Shown: positions 1 to 14,000 of the stretch, one piece after another
How the letters are laid out: every line of letters starts with the position of its first letter
Numbering within the stretch: the stretch's first letter is position 1
DNA from: the human T2T-CHM13v2.0 reference genome, Homo sapiens
Direction: 5' to 3' (one strand)
Assembly: GCF_009914755.1 (NCBI RefSeq)
Contig: NC_060930.1
DNA length: 64,000 bases
Program-made: the position numbers and the translations under genes
The notes under the pieces: model-generated
Databases searched by the model: none
Told to the model about the DNA's origin: nothing
The model's input: the letters and a program-made list of their open reading frames with translations, nothing else

Positions 1-1067
1 CACCAACCAGGGCCTGTTTATATTTCCCCAAGTCCCAGTGCTCATGGGCAACTCTCACTGGTGTCACAATGTCAATATCATAAGTTTTGGCTTTGCAAGG
101 GAAAAGGGGTCCTTCTGCATGATGTCAATCCCTGGGTACAACTCTGCATTCTCCCTGCTGCTCCATAATTTGCTGAACCCAGAAACATCTTGATCCTAAT
201 TATAGTAAATGTGCAGTAACAAGTAGAAGGCACTGTAATGAGGAACAGTTTACTAAGGAGCCTGGGTTTCTTGATTTTTATTTTATTCTCATCCCATCTC
301 CTCCATTCACCACCAAAGCTCAGGAACCAATTTGGAAGAAACATCTGAGAATCTTATCACTTTCTGAACATTTTAAAAGTATACTCTACATTAATAATGA
401 AAGATCATCAAGTGCTAGAATCAAGGGCTACCGTTGGGGTATGGTGTCTAGAACATGGCAGAAGGGGGGCTTCTGGGGTGCTAGTATTGTCTGTTTCTTG
501 ATCTGAGTGCCGGTTGTATGCAAATGAATTAGTTTATACAATTTATTGAGATATTCACTTGTGATTTATTCATTTCTTTGTAAGTATATTTCTTTTAAAA
601 GTTTACTGCCAAATAAAATCCACTGCCACTGCCTCCAGCAGCTCATGTTCTGGAGCCACAGCCTAGATCTAGCTGAGTAGGTTGTGTGCAGCCCTGGCTA
701 TCAGAGTTAAACATTCGTGCTGGGTCCCTAATACTATTTCCAGATATGGTTCCATTAGAAAATAAATGTATTCAAGGAGAGGAAGGCAGCTGATTTTGAT
801 ATCCACCAACCAGCAATGTGGCCTAGCTTAAATAATCATTCTCTGGTCTCCATGCATACCCTTCCCTTCTGAGGGGGCAGTATAGTTCCTCCTGCGAAGG
901 AATGTGCTGAAGTGAGTGGAAGTGGCTGAAACCTAAAGTTCAAGTAAATATTTTTCTAGCCACAAGAGCATTGTTCTTGTGTCAGCTGAGTTACGTAAGT
1001 GGTAGTAAAAAAAAATGAGGGAAGAGGGGAGAACTTCTAATCCTGTCCAGAAGAACTGACCTGGGAG
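1..1067 (-). promoter_or_regulatory. Duplicated block copy 1: putative V1R promoter module, paralog of 30174-31280; its gene would lie left of the window
   Basis: Colinear with 30174-31280. Minus-strand TATAAA at 22-17, TGACA sites at 62-66, 70-74 and 123-127, TCCCTGGGT 129-137, TAATTA 197-202, TAATGA 236-241. The duplication is seen directly; the promoter role is inferred. Confidence 0.55.
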
Positions 1068-1084
1068 TCCATGTTGAGGCTCCA

Positions 1085-1480
1085 TGCCTCCAGCCTCACA
1101 TTCTGTAGGTCAGATGTTCAGTGGTCTTGGCTGGTTTTTCTGCTTCAGTTGTTAGAAGGCTGAAGTCAAGGTGTTGGCTAATTTGAGATTTATCTGGAGG
1201 CTCCGGGGGGAATCTGTTTCTAAGCTTAATTAGGCTATTGACAGAATTCAGTTCCCTGTGTTGGTAGAACTGAAGTTCACTTTTTTCTTGCTATTAGCCA
1301 GGAACGTCTGTTATATCCTTTAGGCTGCCTGTATTCCTCATCATGTTGGCCACTTCTTCAAAGAATGAACGATGCACGAAGAATCTTTCTGACTTCCCTT
1401 TTTGTCTCATCTCTTGCTTCTAAACAGAGAAAGTTCTGTTTTTAAGAATTTATGTGATTACACTGGGCTCATCCTGATAG
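1085..1480. mobile_element. MaLR LTR fragment (MLT1-type)
   Basis: gaaggctgaagtcaaggtgttggc...tctggaggctcc...gacagaattcagttcc resembles the MLT1 consensus. Confidence 0.6.
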
Positions 1481-1556
1481 TTTCTTTATGGTTAAACTAA
1501 GGTTATGAGTTTGTGGGGAGAATACCACAGAGGTAAAGTATCCTTCTCATCACATC

Positions 1557-1665
1557 TGTTACGGACTGAATTGTCCATATGGGGAATTGTCTTTCCACAA
1601 ATTTCATATGTTGAAATCCCTACCTTCAATGTGATGGTATTTGAGGGCGGGGCCACTGGGAGGTA
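1557..1665 (+). mobile_element. MaLR LTR 5' fragment (MLT1A/MST-like)
   Basis: tgttacggactgaattgtcc...catatgttgaaatccctacc...gtgatggtatttg. Confidence 0.55.
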
Positions 1666-2908
1666 AGCATTTATGGCATTAATATTTCAAATGTCGAGAT
1701 GATTTTGCAAGATATCCCTCAATTTTACCCTCATTTAACATATGGTTCTCTGGATTTTTAGCAGACTCCTTGAAGGGGCTTTTTCTTTCAACCCATTCAA
1801 ATCATCTAAGTGGAGTTATAAGATCAATTTAATAAGCTTCTAGAAATAAGAGCAAGGTGGGAAGATACAACAGAGTGAGAAGAGAGAAGAGAGGGAAAGG
1901 GAGAGAGAAAGGGAGAGGGGAAGGGTTGGTGGAGAGAGAGAATCAAAGTTGTCCACAGAAGTTAATAAAAAGGGAATCGAAAAGAGAGTCTGATGGTTGT
2001 TCTGTTCTCCTACTATGAAAGGTAAAATGAAATCTTATGAAAGACTTAAGTTCAGAAATCTAGACACATACATCAAGGCACAAATTCAAAGAATTAGATA
2101 GTGAAACAGGAATCTACTGGGAGTCAACAAATTTTGGTCCTAAGGAATGGATGCAGGAGTTTAAATACTAGTTTTAAATGCTAGGGTAAGACAGTTTTAA
2201 ATCATAATCATAACCCCTCAAATTTTACTGGTTTATTGTCAGATGCTTTTTTTCCCTTGACTATATACATGCATTCTTTATATGTCTACATAATAATCTG
2301 GTTTCACAATTATTTTAAACAGCTGCTTTTTCAGTTAAAACCGGTTTGTTTTTCATGATCATGTTGATGGCTTCCTAGCAGTCAATAGAGTGGTCATATA
2401 ATTTCCCTTTTAGTCATTGTTCTATTTTTAAAGTTTTGATTTTAGGATAATTAATTGGCTAAGGCTTGGCACCCCTTATAGATTAATTTTAGCAACTGAT
2501 AATTTTAAAAATTAAGATATAGTTGGCAAAAATTGTACATATTTATGGAATTACAATACGATGTTTTGGTATATGCAAGCCTTGTGAAATGATTAAAAGT
2601 GACTGACAATTTTGTTTTCAAATTTGTTGTTTCTTTTCACAATATTACTGCTAAAGCTTGAGTAATCTAGATTCTCTGGTATCCATGTACAATCTGGTTC
2701 CACAATTATTTTAGTGTTTTACATTTGCATAACAATAGAGTATAGGTTACATATGTATAAATATCTGAGATCTCTATCTATTTAGGAGAATATTTGAAGA
2801 TTCTTCCCCAAAATTTCAAATAGTTTTCCAATTACATTGTCTTCTGTTTTCAACCTATTATCTTTAAAATTATTTAAATTTTTCCAAACTCTTCTTTTAA
2901 AAAAACAA

Positions 2909-4280
2909 ATATTTTCATATACCTGTTTCCTATTTGTATGTTGTCTTTGGAAAAATGTTTAGTCAAGTCTTTGCCCATTTTTAAATTAGGTTGTTTGTTT
3001 TTTCTATTGAGTTGTATCAGTTCCTTATATATTTGAATATTAGCCCCCTGTATGGTTTGCAAATATTTTCTCCCATTCTGTAGGCTGCCTTTTCATATTA
3101 TTGATTGTTTCCTTTGATGTGAAGAAACCTTTCAGTTTGATGTAGTCTCAAACTACGGTTTGTAGTTGAGTTGTTTATTTTTGCTTTTATTGCCTGGAGT
3201 TTTGGTGTCATTTCCATAAAATTGCCAAGATCAATGTCAAGGAGCTCTTCCCCTGTTTTCTTCTAGCAGTTTTACAGTTTCAAGTCTTATATTTACATCT
3301 TCAATCCATTTTGAATTGATTTTTGTGTATGGTGTAAGATAAGAGACAAAGTTCATTCTTTTGCCTATGGCTATCCAGTTTTCCTAACAACATATATTTG
3401 AAGATATTATATTTTCCCAGTCAGAAAAATGCAAATCAAAACCACAATGAGATACTACCTCACATTTGTTTGCATGGCTATCAAAAAGTGGAATGACAAC
3501 AAGTGTTGGTGAAGATGTCAAGAGAACCTCTATACAGTGTTGGTGGGAATGTAAATTGGTACAGCCACTATGGAAACAGTATAGAGATTCCTCAAAAAAT
3601 TAAAAGTAAAACTACCATATGATCCAGCAATTCCACCACTGGGCAGATATCCAAACAAAAAGAAATCTGTATATCAAAGAGATATCTTCACTCCCAAATT
3701 CATTGCAGCATTATTCACAACAGTCAAGATAGGAAAACAACCTAAGTATCAATTTACATATATATAATGGAATATTATTTAACCTTAAAAAGAAAGAAAT
3801 CCTGCCACATGCGACAACATAGATGAACCTAGAGAACCTTCTGCTAGGTGAAATAAGCCTGACACAGAAAGATAAATACTGCATGATCTCATTTACATGT
3901 GGAATTTAAAGAAGCTAAATTCATAGAAACAGAGAGTAGAACAGTGGTTGCCGGGGGCTGAGGAAAGGGGACAATGGGGGATTTCAGTCAAGAAGTACAA
4001 ACTTTCAGTTATTAGATGAATAAGTTCTGGAGATCTAATGTACAGCAGGATGATTGTAGGTCATAATGTGTTGTATACTTGAAGTTTGCCAAGAAAGTAG
4101 AACTTAAGTGTTCTCATGACACACACAAAAAGGTAACTGTGTGGTTTGATGGGTATGTTAATTAGCTTGATAGTGGTAATCACTTCACAATGTATACTTA
4201 TATCAAAACCTCACGTTGCACACCTTAAATATATACAACTTTTACTTGTCAATTATATCTCAATAAAGCTGGAGAAAAAT
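2909..4280 (+). mobile_element. L1MA/L1MB-type LINE-1 3' end with 5' inversion (2909-3420 antisense, 3421-4280 sense)
   Basis: Antisense ORF2 tail (ORF 2874-3062 IYKELIQLNRKNKQPNLKMGKDL), then sense aaatgcaaatcaaaaccacaatgagata to the 3' end caataaagctggagaaaa. Confidence 0.85.
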
Positions 4281-4834
4281 TAAAAAACAAAATTTTATTA
4301 TGGCATTATTAAAACACACTGAAAATTAGAGAGAATTGTAAAAAATAAAAATAAAAATCTGCAAACTCTTCTCAGCTTCAATAGTACCTTATATTATCTG
4401 ACCTCACCCATAGTTCTCCTCCCTACCTACTTTTTCCAATTCCTTTCTTTGGGAAAATATTCTATCATTAAGAAACTGAAACACAGCAGGACCTTCTGCA
4501 CATCCTCTAGAGCAGTTACCACCTGTAAATCTCATAGTCCTGCTAGCAAATATATACAGTCTGATTATTTTATGATGAAGAAAAAACAAACTGCATTGAG
4601 GAAAAGGAAATCTGAACATATTACTCTTTGATGAAACACTTGGTGTCACAGAAATAATGAGTGATCTCTGGAAAGCCAATATTTTCCTCTCAGATGAAGG
4701 TATCATTGTTATGGTATCACTTTTAGTAAAAATAATATATGGGTGGCATTTTTATTGTAATGCAATAAGGCCGCATGCTTTTATACCTACAGATGGTGAT
4801 TCCAGCTGATTGCAGATTGTTTGTGATTCCAGCT

Positions 4835-7160
4835 AGATGGAAGTGGATTTTAAAGGTGTAGGATCAAGCTAAAATATAAAGTTGGACCAGGTCAGATTTA
4901 TTGATACGGGAACATTAAGCAGAGATTATGAATTCAATTTAGCTTGAGGGGTTAGGAATGGCTCTAAATTTTGCTAGGCTAGTTGTCTGAAAAAGGGACC
5001 CAAATTGGCCTGCAATAAATGAAGCCAAAACTTCAGAACCTACTTAGGATACTGTAGAGGGACTTCTCCAAAGTCTATGAGTGATTGAAATGCTAAAGAT
5101 AATTTATGGTGTAAAATCTGCTCATCCAAACCAGGAGACTACAGCTGTGACGAATTCATGAGGATAGCCCCAGCACCAGAGCTCTGTGGTGGATCTTCCC
5201 TCTTAGATGGAATCCCTAAACACAATGGGATGATTTGATCCTAAGGTGACAGGGGCCAAGAGGAGGCACTTAACCACCAAAGACAAGGTGAATATGGTTA
5301 CCATAATGATCAGTAAACAGAATAGTCTGACCCAGAGAGATCTTTGGCACTCACCAGTTGATCATGGTGTCTGTGGACCAAATCTACTAAAGTTTTGTTG
5401 GATCTGTAGAAAGGGAACATCCCTAATCTAGTAAACAGAAATCTGATTTGAAACACTAGAACAGATAATCAAACAATTCCCACATTTATCACAATTCCTG
5501 TGATTTAAATCAGTTCACAGATGTGTAACCTCTTGAATGAAGGGGAAGCCAGGTCCCCACCCCAGCTACACTGCCAAAAATGTGTACTGTTAATCTATCT
5601 TCCACCCTTCCACAAAGGGACCTGCAGTCATTTACTAGTGAGAGGTGACAGCCTGCTGGCAGCCCTCACAGCCCTCGCTCACTCTCAGTGCCTCGTCGGC
5701 CTTGGCGCCCACCCTGGCTGGGCTTGAGGAGCCCTTCAGCCCGCCGCTGCACTGTGGGAGCCCCTTTCTGGGCTGGCCAAGGCCAGAGCCGGCTCCCTCA
5801 GCTTGCGGGGAGGTGTGGAGGGAGAGGCGCGGGTAGGAACCAGGGCTGCGCGTGGTGCTTGCGGGCCAGCACGAGTTCCGGGTGGGCGTGGGCTCGGCAG
5901 GCCCCGCACTTGGAGCGACCCGCCAGCCCGCCGGCCCCAGGCAGTGAGGGGCTTAGCACCTGGGCCAGCAGCTGCTGTGCTCAATTTCTCACCAGGCCTT
6001 AGCTGCCTTCCTGTGGGGCAGGGCTCGGGACCTGCAGCCCGCCATGCCTGACCCTCCCCCGCACTCCGTGGGCTCCAAGCCTCCCCGACGAGCGCCGCCC
6101 CCTACTCCACGGGCACCCAGTCCCATCGACCACCCAAGCGCTGAGGAGTGCGGGTGCACGGCGCAGGACTGGCAGGCAGCTCCACCTGCAGCCCCAGTGC
6201 GGGATCCACTGGGTAAAGCCAGCTGGGCTCCTGAGTCTGGTGGGGACTTGGAGAACTTTATGTCTAGCTAAGGGATTGTAAATACACCAATCGGCACTCT
6301 GTATCTAGCTCAAGGTTTGTACACACCCCAATCAGCACCCTGTGTCTAGCTCGGGGTTTGTGAATGCACCCATCGATACTCTGTATCTAGCTACTCTGGT
6401 GGGGACTTGGAGAACCTTTGTGTCCACACTCTGTACCTAGCTAATCTAGTGGGGACGTGGAGAACTTTTGTGTCTAGCTCAGGGATTGTAAACGCACCAA
6501 TCAACACCCTGTCAAAACGGACCAATCAGCTCTCTGTAAAATGGACCAATCAGCAGGATGTGGGTGGGGCCAGATAAGAGAATGAAAGCAGGCTGCCCGA
6601 GCCAGCCGCGGCAACCTGTTGGGTTCCCTGTTTAGGCTGTGGAAGCTTTGTTCTGTTTTACTCTTTGTGCTGAATTTTGCTGCTGCTCATTCTTTGGGTC
6701 CACACTGCGTTTGTGAGCTGTAATGCTCACCGCGAAAGTCTGCAGCTTCACTCTTGAAGCCAGCGAAACCACGAACCTACCCGGAGAAAGGAACAACTCC
6801 AGATGCGCCGCCTTAAAAGCTGTAACACTCACGCGAAGGTTTGCAGCTTCCATCCTGAGCTAGGAAGACTACGAGCACATCCGGACATCATGAAGGAACA
6901 AACTCCAGACCTGTCACCTTTAAGAACTGCTCACTGCGAGGGTCTGTGGCTTCATTCTTGAAGTCAGTGAGACCAAGAACCCACCACTTCTGAACACACT
7001 AGGATGCCATGTAGTGGGGAAGGAAACTCAATTGAACTTTTCAGATGTTAGTGAACAGTGGCTCTGAATTGACATGAACCAATGGAAACCTGAAATGTCA
7101 CTGAAACACTAGCGTAGGGATTTAATAAGGTCAGGCGATGAATGCAGTTTTCTCTCAGCT
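4835..7160 (+). mobile_element. ERVL internal (gag/pro) fragment, split by LTR12C
   Basis: aaatataaagttggaccaggtcagatttattgatacgggaacattaagcagagatt resembles ERVL gag; degenerate protease region agtggctctgaattgaca ~7057-7074 continues after the LTR12C. Confidence 0.65.
5639..6998 (+). mobile_element. LTR12C (ERV9) solo LTR
   Basis: Starts tgagaggtgacagcctgctggcagccctcacagccc; CpG-rich U3; tandem tctagct/ccaatc enhancer repeats; ends ccaccacttctgaacaca; 4-bp TSD CTAG (5635-5638 / 6999-7002). Confidence 0.93.
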
Positions 7161-7164
7161 TCAT

Positions 7165-7380
7165 GATTTCTTATGAAAAATCCAATGTTATTTGAGAAAC
7201 TTTGTTTTCTTACAAGTAGTCCCAGGCCACTTTAGAGGTTTTTTTCCTTTGGTTTAATTTTCAGAAATTTATAATGTGTCTCGGTATGGATATTTCTGGG
7301 TTTATCCTGCTTAGCGTTCTCTGAACTTACTGAATTGGGAGGTTTATGTCACCAAATTTATAAAAGCTTTCAGCTCCTTT
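7165..7380 (-). mobile_element. Old L1M fragment
   Basis: ataatgtgtctcggtatggatatttctgggtttatcctgcttag resembles antisense L1M ORF1 region. Confidence 0.5.
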
Positions 7381-7398
7381 TTCTCGTCAAATCTTAGG

Positions 7399-7912
<514 letters not shown>

Positions 7913-8229
7913 GATTTTACAGGCAATAGATGTAGAGTTCATCTTTCTAGTTCTATTTTACTGGTAACAAAATACATGGAAGTCAAAGGCAGTGCATGTG
8001 GTTATTAGCCACATCAATGTGTTCTAAAATTCAGTATTTCCAGTTTCTATTCCCTGCTTCCCACTCCTTTAGATGTGCAACAATTTTAATTATGTTTATT
8101 TTTAATTATTTTCTGATTAAGATTGTAGATTTAAGTTTTCTCAACTCAATTTTGACTTTTCAGAGAGAAGTACAGAATAGCACTTATTTGGACAACTCAA
8201 ATTCCAGGGTATCCTTAGTTATGTGCCAC

Positions 8230-8783
8230 TGTTGTACCTGAGCGAGTTAGAGAAAACGCCACACTTTGAGACGAATTAAGAGTCCGGTTATTTAGCCGGC
8301 GGCCAAGAGACGGCTAATGCTCAAAATTCTCTAGGCCCTGAAGAAGGGGCTAGATTTTCTTTTATACTTTGGTTTAGAAAGGGGAGGGGGATCTAGTTAA
8401 AAGAATTTTACAGAAATAAAGTAGGCAAAAAGTTAAAAGGATAAATGGTTACAGGAAAGTAAACAGTTCCAGGTGCAGGGGCTTTAAGACTATTACAAGG
8501 TGACAGACTCGGGGCTTTGGGCGTTATCAATCAGATGAATTCCTAGGAATTCCGGATATAGCTTGCCACAGTATCTTATCAGTTAATTGCATTCTTGGGT
8601 GTGCTGGGAGTCAGCTTGCACAAGTTAAGTCCTTGAGGAAGGGGCTGCCAGTGAAAGAGCCAAGATGGAGTGAGTCTGGCTCTCTTAGCTAAGGGAGAGT
8701 CAATTCAGGTGGAAACAAGGCTAGGTGATTAAAGGAAAAGGGAGAGTCTAAAAAGGTTAGTAAAAACAAGGTTGGGCATTACA
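8230..8783 (-). mobile_element. LTR6A/LTR6B (HERV-S71/HERV-T) solo LTR
   Basis: Reverse complement begins tgtaatgcccaaccttgtttttactaacc and ends ctcgctcaggtacaaca; imperfect 4-bp TSD ccac/tcac. Confidence 0.75.
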
Positions 8784-8806
8784 TCACTAGTTACACATCT
8801 CCTATT

Positions 8807-9107
<301 letters not shown>

Positions 9108-9147
9108 CTCATGTCTATTCTTAATACTCAATAATATTTTCTTCAGT

Positions 9148-9454
9148 ATTTTTATTTTTTAGAGACAAGGTCTCTGTCACCCAGGCTGGAGTGCAGTGGC
9201 ATGATCATTGCTTACTGCAGCTTTGAACTCCTGGGCTCAAGGGATCCTTCCACCTGAGCCTCCCAAGTAACTGGGATTATAGGCGCATACCATCATGCCT
9301 AGTTAATTTAATTTAATTTTTTTTTTTTTTTTTTTTGGTAGAGATGAGGGTCTCACAAAATTGCCCAGGCTGGTCTTGAACTCCTGGGCTCAAGCATTTC
9401 TCCCACCTTGGCCTCTCAAAAGCTGGGATTACAGGTGTGAGCCACCATCTGGCC
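9148..9454 (-). mobile_element. AluJ
   Basis: tcctgggctcaag motifs in both arms. Confidence 0.8.
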
Positions 9455-9464
9455 CATGATTCAG

Positions 9465-9737
9465 TTTTTGTTGTTGTTGTTGTTTTGAGATGCAGTCTCA
9501 CTCTGTCACCCAGGCTGGAGTGTAGTGGTGCCATCTCAGCTCACTGCAACCTCTGCCTCCCAGGTTCAAGCAATTCTCTGCCTCAGCCTCCCAAGTAGCT
9601 GGGATTACAGGCGCCTCGCTAATTTTTTCATTTTTAGTAGAGACAGGGTTTCACCATCTTGGCCAGGCTGGTCTCAAATTCCTGACCTCAGGTGATCCAC
9701 CCGCCTCGGCCTCCCAAAGTGCTGGGATTACAGGCGT
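9465..9737 (-). mobile_element. AluS, 5'-truncated
   Basis: Alu consensus; TSD ATGATTCAGTTTT on both sides. Confidence 0.85.
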
Positions 9738-10677
9738 ATGATTCAGTTTTAATATGTCATTCTTACTATTATTTCCAGATCCTTATATTTTTTTTCCTTT
9801 TGAGTCAAATACCAACACTTACTTTGTCTTACTTTCTATGTTAGATACTAGGAAAAGGCTGCCACAGAAAAGTTATGAGACTGAGATAGATAGCATGCTC
9901 CTTGCCTTCATGTAAGCCACAGTGATATGAGAAAGAGAAGTTCCTAAATTACAGTGTAATATAATAACATAAATTATGTAAAAGCCATGTAGACAGCCAA
10001 AAAGCCAAACCAGAAAAGAAGTAAGCGTTCACCATTTTTAAGTAGAGGGGTGAAAAACCCAAATGTTTACAAGGGCTACAACAGAGACATGGTAAAGGGA
10101 CTCTAAAACATGGGGGGAAAGCCTGTCTATCAATTTTAACATTTTGTGCTATAAACGTGTAAAAAGTAAAATAGTATCAAGTATTTTTCAAAATGGCCTC
10201 ATCAGATATCTGATTGCCAGAACTATGTATTCTCACCAAATATGTGTATTTAATGATTCCATTTTAAGAAATTAATAACTGAATTATTCATTTAAATTAA
10301 TGTAGAACCAGATTATTTTGTAGCTCTTTGATGATAAAGACACTGATAGCATTGTGAGAAGTGCAAAGACATTAATGAATGATGTCTAGAAAGAAGCCAC
10401 AAATTGTTTTCAAACTTATTCATTTTGAAAAACAATGCAATCATATGTTTAATAAATAAGACACTACAGAAATATACAAAATGAGATTTATGAAATTCTA
10501 TGTACTATGACTCTATTTTCTTAGTTTCTGCCAACACTTAAGAGTTTCTTTTGCATTCCTCCAGAGATTGTTCATGGATATAATAACAACTTAAATATAT
10601 ATTCCACATTTTTAGAATACTATTACTCTTGCATTGCTTCTCTTTTGTTAATTAAATTTACACCTTAGATATCATTC

Positions 10678-11470
10678 TGATACCGAAGGGGGGCAAGGAA
10701 GTGCTGGGAGGAGACGGGTGGGTCCCTCTCAAGGGCTCCACCCCCGGGCCTGTGCCCACAGACCTAGGGGAGGACAGGCACTCGGCACTCCTGCTTTTGC
10801 ACCCAAATGTTGCCTTTCCCAGGACCACCCTGGCCCGCCACGCCCCTATCCTGTGCCTATAAAAACCCCAAGACTCTAGCAGGCAGACACACACGCGGCT
10901 GGACGTCAAGACAAACACATTGGCAGAGGAACACACAAGCACCTGGATGTGGAGAGGGTGTCGAGAGCACGCTGACAGGTACCGGCAAGCCTGCAGGCCA
11001 TCGACCGACCGGCCGAACGACTTGGAGTTTGGTCAGGGCGGTTGGAGGAGAGCCGGGGCTGCTGAGCTGCAGGAATCCAGGGGAAAACCTTTCCACTCCA
11101 TCCCTCATCTGCTGAAAACTACCTCCACTCAATAAAACCTTGCACTCATTCTCTAAGCCCAGGTGTAATCTGATTCTTCCAATACACCAAGGCAAGAACC
11201 CGGGATACAGAAAGCCCTCTGTCCTTACGACAAAGAAGAGGATCTAATTGAGCTGGTTAACATAAGCCGCTTATAGGCAGCAAAACTAAAAGAGCACAGG
11301 GCGCACGCCCACTGGGGCTTCAGGAGCTGTAAACATCTACCTCTAGATGCTGCCGTGGGGTTGGAGGCCCAAGCTTGTCCATCTGTATGCTCCCCTAGAG
11401 GTTTGAAGAAGCGAGCCACTCTCCCTGTTGAACGCCCTGCAAAGAGACCAGGGGAACTTTTCCCGTTTCA
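10678..11470 (+). mobile_element. LTR1-family (HUERS-P2) solo LTR
   Basis: tgataccgaaggggggcaaggaagtgctggg...cctataaaaacccc...aataaaacc...aacttttcccgtttca; 793 bp; TSD ATTC (10674-77 / 11471-74). Confidence 0.75.
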
Positions 11471-11820
11471 ATTCCGTATCAGTACATTTTGAACTTCCTT
11501 ATTTTTTCATATATTCTGTAAAATTCCTTTGTATAAATGGATACTTAATGACTATTTTTCAAATAGCCAGAAAACTAGCTCATTTTGCTAGATATCTAAT
11601 TGTGTTTATAAAATAACAAATGCTTCAATGTGTAGTAATTTTCCTGTTGTAATTCTCACAAGAGCAAGTATATCTGTAGAATCAAGGCCTAGAAGAGAAA
11701 CTCTGGATCCAAAGAATAAATACACTAGTAATTTTGGTAACATTTACCAAATAGTTTTCTTTTACTCTGCCACTGGAAGAGTTGTTGTGAAAGACAAACA
11801 TTAGAATTAAAGATGTTTGC

Positions 11821-12070
11821 AGCTGGGTGCAGTGGCTCTTACCTGTAATCCCAGCACTTTGAGAAGCCGAGGCAAGCGAATCACTTGAGGTCAGGAGTTT
11901 GAGACCATCCCAGCCAACATGGTGAAACCCTATCTCTACTAAAAACACAAAAAATTAGCCTGGCGTGGTGGTGTGCGCATGTAATCTCACCTACTCAGGG
12001 GGGATGAGGCAGGATAATTGCTTGAACCCGAGAGGCGGAGGTTGCAGTGAGCCAAGATGGCACAATTTGC
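11821..12070 (+). mobile_element. AluS, 3'-truncated and fused to L1
   Basis: Alu consensus stops at gccaagatggcac with no poly-A. Confidence 0.8.
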
Positions 12071-12074
12071 CCTA

Positions 12075-14000
12075 AACCTACATGCAGAAGAATGAAATTA
12101 GACCCTCATCTCACACCGTATACAAAAATCAACTCAAAATGAGTGAAAAAGCTTAAATGTAAGACCTGAAGCTGTAAAACTACTAGAAGAAAACAGGGGG
12201 AAAGCTCCATGACATGGATCTGAGCAATGATTTTTTGGACATGACTTCAAAATCACAGGCAAACAAAAGCAAAAATTAAAACGTATGATTATGTTAAATC
12301 AAAAAGCTTCTGCACAGCCAAGGGAATAATAAAGAAACAATCTATGGAATGGGAGAATATATTTGCAAACCATACATCTGATAAGGGGTTAATGTACAAA
12401 ATATATAAGGAACTCGAACAACTCAATGTTAAGAAAACAAGAACCTAATTAAAAAGTAGGCAAAGAACCTGAATAGACATTTCTCAAAAGAAGACATACA
12501 AATGGACAACAGGTACATGAAAAAATGCTCAACATCACTAATCATGAGGGAAAGGCAAATTAAAACCATAATGAAAAACTACCTCACACTTGTTAGAACA
12601 GCTGTTATAAAAAAGACAGAAGATAACAAGTGTTGGAGAGAATATGGAGAAAAGAGAAATCTTGTACACTCTCTGTGGAATGAAAATTAGTACAGCCGTT
12701 TCAGAAAACAGTATGGAGATTACACAAAAAATTAAAAATAGAACTATCATATGATCTAGCAATCCCACTATTGGGTATACAGTCAAAGGAAATGAAATCA
12801 GTATACTGAAGAGATATCTGCATTCTCATGTTTATTGCAGCGTTATTCAAAACTCGTGCAGGAATGTTCACAGCAGTTTTATTTGGAATAGCCAAAACTG
12901 AAAACAATCATAATGTCTCTTAATAGGTGAGTGGTAAAACATAATGTGGCAATTTGTACAATGGAGTACTATTCAGCCATAAAAAATTAAACATTGATAC
13001 ATTCAACAATTTAGATAGATCTTGAGGGCATTATGCTTGTAGCAGGACGAGCCTCAGATAAAACCTCTCAGACACCGAGTAGTAGAAGGAAGGGTTTTAT
13101 TCAGCTGGGAGCATCGGCAAGCTACTGCCTTAAAATCCGAGCTCCCTGAATGCACAATTTCTGTCCCTTTTAAGGGCTCACAACACTAAAGCTTTCACAT
13201 GAAAGGGTTGTGACTGATTTGAGCAATCAGGCAGTACGTGACAGGGGCTGCATGCACCGGTGGTCAGAGAGAAACAGAACAGGGCAGGGAGTTTCACAAT
13301 GTTCTTCTATACAATGTCTGGAATCTATGAATAACATTGGTTTCTAAGTTATGAGTTGATTTTTAACTACTGGGTTTAGGCCAGGCAGGCCCAGGCCTGG
13401 TTTTGGGCCTGGCGCCGGGCTGCCTGTCTTTGGTTTTACTTCCTTGTTGTTTTTTCTTAAAACAGGTACTGGGTATAAAATAATATAAAACAATATGAGA
13501 GGGTCTCTCTCTTCCCTCATGCTGAGTGGAAAAAAATCTCTGAAGTTCACATACTGTATGATTTTATATATGTATGTGTTTATATATTTCATATACACGT
13601 ACAAATACATGACAACATTTGTATACATATACAGACAAAATTGCAGTGATGTAAAACAGATTAGCGATTGCCGGGGATTATAAATGATGGGTATAGGGAG
13701 GATACGAGGTTAGGAGGTGGACGTAAATATAAAGGGATATCAGAAGGGAGATTTTTGTGGTGATGGAATAATTATTTATATTGATCATAATGGAGTTTGT
13801 ACAAATCTAAACATTATTAAACGGCTTAGAACTATACATATACACACTAGTAATGGCAATTTCCTGGTTTTGTTATTGTACTTTAGTTATGTAAAATGTG
13901 ACCATGCAGGTAAACATGGGGTCTCTGTACAAACTTTGCAACTTCCTTGAATCTATAATTATATCAAAATAATAGTAAAAGAAACAAGTTTGAAAATGTA
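12075..14000 (+). mobile_element. L1 fragments (L1MA ORF2 end, then L1MC/MD-type 3' end), interrupted by LTR2B
   Basis: ORF 12502-12690 [22 protein letters not shown] matches the L1 ORF2 C-terminus; L1 3'UTR motifs follow. Confidence 0.8.
13038..13519 (-). mobile_element. LTR2B (HERV-E-related) solo LTR
   Basis: Reverse complement begins tgagggaagagagagaccctctcatattg and ends ggctcgtcctgctaca; TSD TGCT (13034-37 / 13520-23). Confidence 0.85.

Noticed and set aside
6260-6560. Repeat-spacer-like pattern resembling a CRISPR array
   Set aside because: Known tandem enhancer repeats of LTR12 U3 in a eukaryotic genome
5645-6853. Several overlapping 60-100 aa ORFs
   Set aside because: GC-rich LTR12C sequence; spurious
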